Shown here piece by piece: positions 53,714-61,334 of a DNA stretch of 64,000 nucleotides; the stretch's first letter is position 1; each line of letters opens with the position of its first letter. A program made the position numbers and the translations under genes. The notes below the pieces were generated by a model, which had not been told where the DNA came from, did no database searches, and saw only the letters and a list, made by a program, of their open reading frames with translations. Source of the stretch: an uncultured Dehalococcoidia bacterium (GTDB lineage: Bacteria > Chloroflexota > Dehalococcoidia > SZUA-161); the NCBI GenBank assembly GCA_964524995.1, contig CAZGDV010000003.1, positions 1,029-65,028 of the forward strand, given 5' to 3'.

Positions 53714-56431
53714 CTAGGGCACGGTAGTGAAGGACGTCTCAATTGAGAAGTCAGACCACTCTCCGTGATCATCCTGGTGTCGCAAATGCCAATAGTAGGT
53801 TGTGCTACTTGCCAACTCCATGCCTACGGTGTGGCTGGTAAGATCACCCGTCGGCCCCGTGTCGTATAGTGGAGAAGAGTAGTCACCTTGCACGGTAGTG
53901 ACCTGCCACTGCGATGCCTGATGTGTGTCACCGGCGTCCGGGTCTACGAAGCCTGAGGAAACGAGCGTAAGTATCAAGGGTACGTCACCAGCGCCGTCAC
54001 CAGGCGAGGTGTTGGTCGGGCTTGTTGGCGGCGCGTTGTAGGTGGCGAATGACCACGAGTCGAAACTGAGAGTGTTGGGTACGTACGCCATGTCATCAAC
54101 TGTGACAGAGACAACCATCGTCTCGCCGTTGGGGAAGTCCAGTGCCGGGTCGACTGCGGCATTGTAGGATGTGGAGTTTCCAGTGTGTGAGACCTCGGGG
54201 CTGGTGCTCCCGTATATCTGCACATAGCCCGGGCCGGTGATCTCAATCGTGAATGAACTCCAGTCTACACCTGTCTCCGTGTCGCTGATCGAGAAAGTGA
54301 GATTGCCATGAACGGGTATATCTATCGACCCGGAACCAGGACTGAGGTCGTTGATCTCCGGCAACGTTGTGTCCTCATGAACGGTGAACTGCCAAGCGTA
54401 CGGCTCAAGTGAGTTCGGGAGCGGAGCCAGGTCCTGTACGCCTACCACCACGGTTATTGTCTCGCCGTAGCCGAAGTCGACTCGTGGATCGATCAACACG
54501 TCGTAGGCGGGAGGGCCTCCGACCTGAGAGACAACGTCCGTATCGCTAGCGGTGTAGGTCTGGCTATAGCCGCGATCTCCCGTCAGCTGTACGGTGAACG
54601 TGCTCCAGCTGACACCCATTTCGCTGTCAGCCAACAAGAGGGTAAGATCGACGTCAAGGGGCTGGCCCGACGCTCCGTTGGTCGGGCTCACGTTTGACAT
54701 CGTCGGCGGCTGAAGGTCTGTGAGGCCGATTATCGGGGAGCGATAGTAGGTTATCTCCCCGGGTCCCATGTGACAGCCATCACACACCTTACTGTCGGCA
54801 ATGCTGCCCGCCCCGTGCCCGCCGAGCGGAGGCATATCCCCATAGTAGCTGTCACTGAGCAAGGTGGTTGCGTTCCCATAGACATCGCTCCACTTGAAGT
54901 CCAATGCCGGGACTTTGTCGGCCGAGCCTGGGGAGCTGATGAGTTCGCCGTGCCGGATCATCTGGGGTGTCGGGGAACCATGCACGTTGTGACAGGCTGT
55001 ACAGCTGATCCGCGAGTCGGTGCTCATGTCCCAGTCCGAATCCCACTGACCGGGGTTCGCACTGAGGTGTCTCGAGTGGCTGCTGATTCCTTCACCTTCA
55101 TCCCGGAAGTTGGTGTTGTATGGAGACGTGCTGTCGAGTATTCCGTTGTATTTGTGGCATTCGAAGCAGAGTTCGAACTTGTCTTCGCCCCAGCCGGCAC
55201 CCGCCGACAACGGTATGGTCATCGAGTACAGGAGTCGATAGCTGCTGTCATAGTCCGTCGCCCCAGCCACGTACGTTCTGGGATCGCCGTCGATATGCGC
55301 GCCGTCCGCGACGTGACAGTCGGTGCACTCGACCAGACCTCTCTTGCCGTGACCGGTCACATCGTACCCGTATGACGATCCGTCACCCACCACAGACGGG
55401 GCCTGGACGTTTCGTATGGTGGAGTTGCCGTCGTCGTGGCAACCCCGGCACGAGATGCGGGCGCCCGTCAGCCAGCTGGCTTTAGCTTCGGCTACTCCGT
55501 CATGTGCGCCGCCCCCGCTGTGACACGGGTCGCAGGTGGTGGTGTTGCCCAAGTCCTGTCCGTCATTGAAAGTCACGGTGCCGTCGTCATGGCCATCGCC
55601 CACCGACACGTCTGAGTGACAAGAGCCGCAGCTAGTGATGTAGGGGCCATACTCTTCTGTGTAGTGAGTGGCATGAGCGCCATCCCGGTTGGGGGCCTGA
55701 CTTCCGTTAGGGGGCAGCCCATGGCATCCGCTGCCGCCAATGGAGCAAGTCATGAACCCGTCATCGGTCGACGATGCGTTATCTACATCGTGGGGGTGAC
55801 AGGCCGTGCAGTCTGTCGCGCGAAGGTCACCCGAATATGCAGGTGCTGGTTCATGAACGCCGCCGGCATGAACGCTCATCGGATACCCGGAGTTGTCAGT
55901 GATGTTGATGTGGCAGGTGACACAGATATCATCGGTGTCCGTGTCATCGTCCGAATCCTCGTCAAACGAGTCGACGCCGGTCGTTGCCGAGTAGACAACG
56001 GCATAGCCACCTATGCTCTCCCAGATTTGACACAGGTTGTCCTGGGAGGAATGCGGGTCGTGACAAGCCACGCAGTCCAGCGTGAAGGGGAATTCCTGTG
56101 GACTGAAGTGCAACACCGGTGACTCCGCGTTGGCGTTTGAATGGGTGGACGATACCTTCGAAGAACCTGCTCCATCGTGACAGGTGAGGCAAAGAGCGTT
56201 GTTGGATGTTTCCGAGATGGCGGTGCTGCCCTTGGCGCTGTGTACACGATGGCACCTGGCACACGCATCGGCCTCCGGCAGGATGTCGTCGTGAGGATTC
56301 TGTGCTCCAACGCTGTAGACCGCGGAAAGGGCCAACACGATGCACACAACGCCCAGACTGGCAGCGAAGCGACACCGCTGTGGTGTCACCAGTGCCCGTG
56401 TTCTGCCAATACCACCGGTCCAGAGACTCAT
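53714..56431 (-). CDS. multihaem c-type cytochrome, divergent paralog E, with C-terminal Ig-like/FN3-like domain array
   Basis: Signal peptide. 12 CXXCH plus CSIGGSGCH. The middle region is collinear with the C-extensions of paralogs A and B. The last ~330 aa form two ~112-aa Ig-like repeats plus a third beta-domain (YYWHLRHQDDHGEWSDFS). Confidence 0.85.
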   Translation of the reverse strand: MSLWTGGIGRTRALVTPQRCRFAASLGVVCIVLALSAVYSVGAQNPHDDILPEADACARCHRVHSAKGSTAISETSNNALCLTCHDGAGSSKVSSTHSNANAESPVLHFSPQEFPFTLDCVACHDPHSSQDNLCQIWESIGGYAVVYSATTGVDSFDEDSDDDTDTDDICVTCHINITDNSGYPMSVHAGGVHEPAPAYSGDLRATDCTACHPHDVDNASSTDDGFMTCSIGGSGCHGLPPNGSQAPNRDGAHATHYTEEYGPYITSCGSCHSDVSVGDGHDDGTVTFNDGQDLGNTTTCDPCHSGGGAHDGVAEAKASWLTGARISCRGCHDDGNSTIRNVQAPSVVGDGSSYGYDVTGHGKRGLVECTDCHVADGAHIDGDPRTYVAGATDYDSSYRLLYSMTIPLSAGAGWGEDKFELCFECHKYNGILDSTSPYNTNFRDEGEGISSHSRHLSANPGQWDSDWDMSTDSRISCTACHNVHGSPTPQMIRHGELISSPGSADKVPALDFKWSDVYGNATTLLSDSYYGDMPPLGGHGAGSIADSKVCDGCHMGPGEITYYRSPIIGLTDLQPPTMSNVSPTNGASGQPLDVDLTLLLADSEMGVSWSTFTVQLTGDRGYSQTYTASDTDVVSQVGGPPAYDVLIDPRVDFGYGETITVVVGVQDLAPLPNSLEPYAWQFTVHEDTTLPEINDLSPGSGSIDIPVHGNLTFSISDTETGVDWSSFTIEITGPGYVQIYGSTSPEVSHTGNSTSYNAAVDPALDFPNGETMVVSVTVDDMAYVPNTLSFDSWSFATYNAPPTSPTNTSPGDGAGDVPLILTLVSSGFVDPDAGDTHQASQWQVTTVQGDYSSPLYDTGPTGDLTSHTVGMELASSTTYYWHLRHQDDHGEWSDFSIETSFTTVP

Positions 56432-56514
56432 CTGCTGGGTATCACGCCGTACCGTGGGACATATGAAGAGGGCAGGGCTCCGTCAGATGCCGAGCCCCGC
56501 CCCATAACTCGTCG

Positions 56515-57711
56515 TCAATCATTGGTTAGGTTGCTGCCATCGTGGCAGACGGTACAGACGGCCCGGTTGTCCAACGACAGCAGGCGGCTTTCGAGCGATG
56601 GTGTCGCCCCCTGCGACGTGCCGTCTGGGTAGGAGACCGCTCCCGAGTATGACGCCATTGTGGCCGCAGTGCCGTGCGCAACGTGACACGCAAGACAACC
56701 CTCGAGATGACCAGGGGTAGGCTTGTCTTCACCGTGGCATATATTGCAGTCTTCCCGATGGTTATAGGGGCCGTGACACTGCCCACAGTCGACGTTGTAC
56801 AGGGGCTCGTTCCAGTGTCCGTGGGTATGAGCATAGCCGCTGCCGGGACCACCCTGCAGCGCGAACTTGTCCTCATGACACTTGATGCACCCGTTCTCGT
56901 AGGTCGGCGATCCTTTGACCCAATGGCGAAAGGCGAACACGACGTCAGAGGAATCGCTACCTCCTGATCCCGCTCCACACTCATACCGTGTGTGACACGC
57001 CCCGCACCAGTCCACGAGAGTCAGCAGCGTGTCCCCATCATACCCCAGCGGAGTCCAGTTGCCTCCGGGTAGCTCGTCCCACACCTGTCGGTAGTTGTCG
57101 GCATTGTATCCTATTTCGTAGATAACGGGGTACTGATCAGGCACGTCCACCGGGAGAGACGTCCCCTCATCTTCCATACCGTCCGGATTGCCCCTCAGAA
57201 TACGGTAGTTGCCATTCCCATGCGGGTTGTGACAGTCGCCACAAGCCAGCTCTACCGTGACGCCATAATCCTCAATGGTGGAGTTGATCGGGCCGCTGCC
57301 CCAGATTGTCCCGCTTGTAGCCCCGCTCGCCGAGTGAATGGAGCTGACCACAGCCGTGGTGATATTGCCATCGTGGTCTGTGTCCATCGTGGCGTTCTCG
57401 AAGCCGCCACCCCTCAGGCCGGCACCAGTAGAGCCGTATGATGTGCCATCGAGCTCACCGTCGACGACATCTGTCTCCGCGCCGCTGCCGTCATGGCATG
57501 TGAAGCAGAAGTCGTCCTGGTTGGGACCTGACGTCAAGAGGTTGGGAGCCAGTGCGGTGTGGGCCCTGTGACAGCCGGCGCAGGAGTCAGCGCCGACTGC
57601 GAAGTTGTCCTGGTCGTGGAGGTCGTTGTCGGCTATTGCTATGCCGCCTGCGCTGGAAATCGCCAGCGCGAGGAGTAGCGTGGCAACCAATACCCCTCGC
57701 CATCGTGTCAT
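56515..57711 (-). CDS. nonahaem c-type cytochrome, paralog F (core module with a 3-haem insertion)
   Basis: Signal peptide ending IAIA|DNDLHDQDNF. Nine CXXCH, including the extra CIKCH, CGQCH and CNICH between core sites 4 and 5. Confidence 0.9.
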   Translation of the reverse strand: MTRWRGVLVATLLLALAISSAGGIAIADNDLHDQDNFAVGADSCAGCHRAHTALAPNLLTSGPNQDDFCFTCHDGSGAETDVVDGELDGTSYGSTGAGLRGGGFENATMDTDHDGNITTAVVSSIHSASGATSGTIWGSGPINSTIEDYGVTVELACGDCHNPHGNGNYRILRGNPDGMEDEGTSLPVDVPDQYPVIYEIGYNADNYRQVWDELPGGNWTPLGYDGDTLLTLVDWCGACHTRYECGAGSGGSDSSDVVFAFRHWVKGSPTYENGCIKCHEDKFALQGGPGSGYAHTHGHWNEPLYNVDCGQCHGPYNHREDCNICHGEDKPTPGHLEGCLACHVAHGTAATMASYSGAVSYPDGTSQGATPSLESRLLSLDNRAVCTVCHDGSNLTND

Positions 57712-57758
57712 CCGGTCGATTCTCTCCGTGTCTCCCTGTTCGTTCGCGGTTGTCTTGT

Positions 57759-57788
57759 ATTATACCCATCAATAAGAGAAGTCGTCAA
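57759..57788 (-). promoter_or_regulatory. consensus-like sigma70 promoter (TTGACG-18 nt-TATAAT) for the paralog F-E unit
   Basis: The reverse complement reads TTGACG (57783-57788), an 18-nt spacer, then TATAAT (57759-57764). There is a GGAGAGAA RBS before the ATG at 57711. Confidence 0.6.
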
Positions 57789-57864
57789 CGTGAGAATCTG
57801 CCTGGGGATGGATAGCCTGAGCGCTCTTGCCTGGACACGCTCCCGACTCTTACCTAGTCCACTT

Positions 57865-58188
57865 CTAGTCCACTTCGCTGTCCACCCAGTCCAGGTACGC
57901 GTCGTACCCGCCGATGATGGGTAGAGCGATGATTTCAGGTACGTCGTACTTGTGGAGTTGCCTTACGAGATCGACCAGGGCAGGCAGTGCAGACAGCTTG
58001 CTCTTGACGAAGAGCAATGTTTCCTGCTCAGATTCGGTATTACCTTCCCACTGGAATACCGAATCTACCTTTGGCACAATGTTCACACAAGCTGCCTTCC
58101 CGTTGGTGACAAGCTGCTCAGCAAGCGAACGCGCGCTCTCGGGACTGTCGGTCGTGATTAGTACGACGACCTTCTGTGACTCCTCCAT
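57865..58188 (-). CDS. cutA: divalent-cation tolerance protein CutA
   Basis: 107-aa CutA1 family (ACVNIVPKVDSVFQWEG...EQETLLFVKS...YDVPEIIALPI). Confidence 0.85.
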   Translation of the reverse strand: MEESQKVVVLITTDSPESARSLAEQLVTNGKAACVNIVPKVDSVFQWEGNTESEQETLLFVKSKLSALPALVDLVRQLHKYDVPEIIALPIIGGYDAYLDWVDSEVD

Positions 58189-58353
58189 CAGGCGCAGGTC
58201 ACCTCAGTTGTGACTTGACTGGTCTATGTTAGTAGGGCCCGAGGTCGCGGTCAAGTTGTGCGCTCCTGTTCCGTTGCGCTGCTGGGGGTTGTAGCGCTGG
58301 TGCTTCACACACGCCGGGCGGAAGAGCGAGCCGTTCCGTGGGCATTGCTCGGC

Positions 58354-61191
58354 CTAGTCAGCGCAGGGGTCGGCCTGCTGGGGGGCGAACAGGGCGCTGG
58401 CTTCCTCAATGACTATCGGAAGCTCCAACGTGAAGGTTGCACCTTCGCCCGGTGCGCTGGTGGCGTGAATCACGCCTCCGTGCCCCTCGATAATACCAAA
58501 GCAGATGCTCAAGCCAAGGCCGGTACCCTTGCCCACATCCTTGGTCGTATAGAACGGGTCGAAGATGCGGCCGATTTCCTCCTGGGCTATGCCTGGCCCA
58601 TCATCGGTTATCGTTATCCTGATTGACTCTCCCACGACCTCGGACTTCACCTGCAGTGTGCCTCCTGAGTGGGCCTCTGTCATAGCCTGCTCAGCGTTCG
58701 TAATGATGTTGACGAACACCTGCTGCATCTGGTGGAAGTCTGCCATCGTCTTGGGCAACTCGGGCGCAAGGTCTAACACAACCTCTATGTTGTTCACACG
58801 CAGCCGGTATTCATGGAGCTCCAGGCTCTGCTCGACGACGTCGTTCAGGCAGACCATGGTCTTCTCCGGGCTGTGCTTCCTGGCGAAAGACAAGAGGTTG
58901 CCCGTGATTCTGCTGGCTCTCTGGGCCTCTCGGAATATGGTGTCCACATCCTCCCGCACTGAAGCATCGAGGTCCTTCCTGGTCGCGAGGAATTGAGCCA
59001 ACCCCTGGACCGCCGCCAGGGGGTTGTTCAGCTCGTGTGCGACACCGGCGGCGAGTTGCCCGACGGCAGCCAAACGGCCCGAAAGCAGAAGCTGCTGCTC
59101 CATCCTCTCCTTCTCTGCTTCCGCTCGCTTGCGCTCGCCGATATCCCTTGCGACTACGGAGAGAGCAGGCTGACCAGCGTACTCTATCGTGCGCGTGCTG
59201 AGTTCCACAGGTACTGGCTCGCCATCATTCGAGGTAAGCACCGTCTCGTACTGTTTCGGCACTTCCTCTCCCCGACATCTTCGGGCCCGTACCTCGCTGA
59301 GGTCCAACAGGGCCTGGTGAGGCAGGAGCTCCACTATACTTCTGCCGATAATATCGCCGGGCTCATGACCGAACATGGCAGCGATTCTCTGGTTCGCAAA
59401 CAGTATCTTGGAACCACGGAGAACGCAGTAGCCATCGTTCATGTCTTCAAGCAAGCGTCTCAGCCGCTCCTCGGACTCCCGCCTCGCCTTCCCAGCCTTG
59501 AGGCGAGCAATGGTGCTCCCCATTTGGGCGGCTACCGACTCAAGAGCGCTACGAGCCCATTGAGGGACCTCACCCAAAGTATGGGAGGCCACTGTGAGGC
59601 ACGCCATGACACGCCCCTCATTGAGGACTGGCAGGATGGCGGCTGCCGCAAGCGATTCACGCGTTTCGTGTTCGTCATTTGGAATGGGAACATCGGGGTA
59701 CGTAGCGTATACCGGCTCGCCTGCAAACACCAGCTGCGCGTTTGGAGAATCCGCTTCAAGGAACGATGCGGCCGCCACGAGATCCGCGGGGACGTCTTGA
59801 TGGTAGGCAATGTACAATGAGCCGCTGGTCTCGTCGACGAGGAAAATCGCACCGCAGTCCATGCCGGAAACGTCAAGAGCAGCCTGGAGGCAGAGGCGCA
59901 ATCCCTCCTGGAGACTCCCGGTCGCGCTAGTGGCGGCGCCAAGATCACGCTGCACCCTGACGATGTTCTCGACGTGTTTCCGCTCCGTGATGTCGCGGAA
60001 GTTGGCGACGATACCGGTGATCCTTTCGTCGTCAAGCAGGTTCTTTCCGACTGCTTCAATGGTGTACCAAGATCCATCCTTGTGCTTCAGGGTGAACTCC
60101 GTGTTGATGGTTGACACTTCGTTCCTGAACAACCGCCCAAACTCCTCGATTGCACGGGGAATGTCCTCAGGGTGGATCAGGTCGAAAACGCTCTTGCCTT
60201 CGCGCTCGTGCGGCTCGTAACCAGTGATGTTCCGTATCGATGGACTCTGATACCTTATGCTGCCATCGCCATTAAGAATCATCGTAGCATCGAGAGCGTT
60301 CTCCAGCAGCGATCGGTAATACTCCTCGCTACGCCGAAGGGCTTCCTCAGCACGCTTGCGCTCGGTTGTGTCTGCCAAGATACCGATGGAGCCGGTTATC
60401 TCCCCGTCAGCGCTCCTCACGACGCTGACGGACAAGTCCACGTCGATGATTGCTCCGTCTTTCTTGATCACCCTTGTCTCTATGTGATGCTGCATGCCCT
60501 CGCGACGGATGTTCTTCGCCCTAATCCTCTTCCATTCAGCCGGCTGGTATAGGGTTCTGACGGGCTTAAGGTAAAGGTCCTCGTTCCCCATGCCGAGCAT
60601 CGACTCGGCGAACTTGTTCCACGCAACTATACGCTCATCCTCGTCTGTGACGGTGATCGCAATAGCCGAGTTCTCGAAGATCGTCTGGTATTTCTCCCGA
60701 GCGAGCGCAAGCGCCTCCTGCTCCTTCACGAGCTCCCCGACGTCCCGAAGGTTAGTCACTATTCCCATTACTGCCGGATGGTCCAGCATGTTCCTTCCGA
60801 CCACCTCGATGTGTCGCCAGGACTCGTCGGCATGCTGCACACGCACAGTGCGACGATCGGTGGCCCCGGGATGCTTCATGAGGCTCTCTAACAGTTCCGC
60901 CACTATGGCCATGTCGTCCTGATGAACGAACTCAAACGCGCTCTTGCCCGTCCGCTCTGCTGGTGCTCTGCCAAGCATGTCGCCGACGGTAGGGCTCTCA
61001 TACGATATGAGACCGTCCTTGTCCACCACAATGATGCCATCCAGTGTAGTCTCAACGAGCAGACGGAAGTAGTCTGTAGAATATGTGTACGCACGGTGCT
61101 TTGCGGAGGTGATAGACTTGGCTTGCTTACGCCGATCACTCACGGAAGACGCACGTTTAGCTGGCATAGTCCCCTTCCTGGAAGTAGTCAT
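58354..61191 (-). CDS. cytoplasmic multi-PAS/GAF sensor histidine kinase (orphan)
   Basis: No TM segments. At least four PAS-like units, a GAF-like segment and a further PAS. HisKA (GVAHELNNPLAAV) and HATPase (DDGPGI...GTGLGLS). No adjacent response regulator. Confidence 0.85.
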   Translation of the reverse strand: MTTSRKGTMPAKRASSVSDRRKQAKSITSAKHRAYTYSTDYFRLLVETTLDGIIVVDKDGLISYESPTVGDMLGRAPAERTGKSAFEFVHQDDMAIVAELLESLMKHPGATDRRTVRVQHADESWRHIEVVGRNMLDHPAVMGIVTNLRDVGELVKEQEALALAREKYQTIFENSAIAITVTDEDERIVAWNKFAESMLGMGNEDLYLKPVRTLYQPAEWKRIRAKNIRREGMQHHIETRVIKKDGAIIDVDLSVSVVRSADGEITGSIGILADTTERKRAEEALRRSEEYYRSLLENALDATMILNGDGSIRYQSPSIRNITGYEPHEREGKSVFDLIHPEDIPRAIEEFGRLFRNEVSTINTEFTLKHKDGSWYTIEAVGKNLLDDERITGIVANFRDITERKHVENIVRVQRDLGAATSATGSLQEGLRLCLQAALDVSGMDCGAIFLVDETSGSLYIAYHQDVPADLVAAASFLEADSPNAQLVFAGEPVYATYPDVPIPNDEHETRESLAAAAILPVLNEGRVMACLTVASHTLGEVPQWARSALESVAAQMGSTIARLKAGKARRESEERLRRLLEDMNDGYCVLRGSKILFANQRIAAMFGHEPGDIIGRSIVELLPHQALLDLSEVRARRCRGEEVPKQYETVLTSNDGEPVPVELSTRTIEYAGQPALSVVARDIGERKRAEAEKERMEQQLLLSGRLAAVGQLAAGVAHELNNPLAAVQGLAQFLATRKDLDASVREDVDTIFREAQRASRITGNLLSFARKHSPEKTMVCLNDVVEQSLELHEYRLRVNNIEVVLDLAPELPKTMADFHQMQQVFVNIITNAEQAMTEAHSGGTLQVKSEVVGESIRITITDDGPGIAQEEIGRIFDPFYTTKDVGKGTGLGLSICFGIIEGHGGVIHATSAPGEGATFTLELPIVIEEASALFAPQQADPCAD

Positions 61192-61334
61192 AGACAGACA
61201 TGCCTATTCATGCACGAGCGAAAGGTAGCACATTCTGCTTACTTGGGACAATGGGAAATTCCGGTGCGCTCGAATAGGAAAATAGTCCCGTCCTTCTTGA
61301 CGCGATGAGTGCCATGCCCTAGCGTCGAATGTTG

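Noticed and set aside
58290-58340. tRNA-like start (GGGGGTTGTAGCGCTGGTG) in the cutA / kinase gap
   Set aside because: There is no T-arm (GTTCRANYC) and no complementary acceptor 3' strand downstream, so a cloverleaf cannot form.
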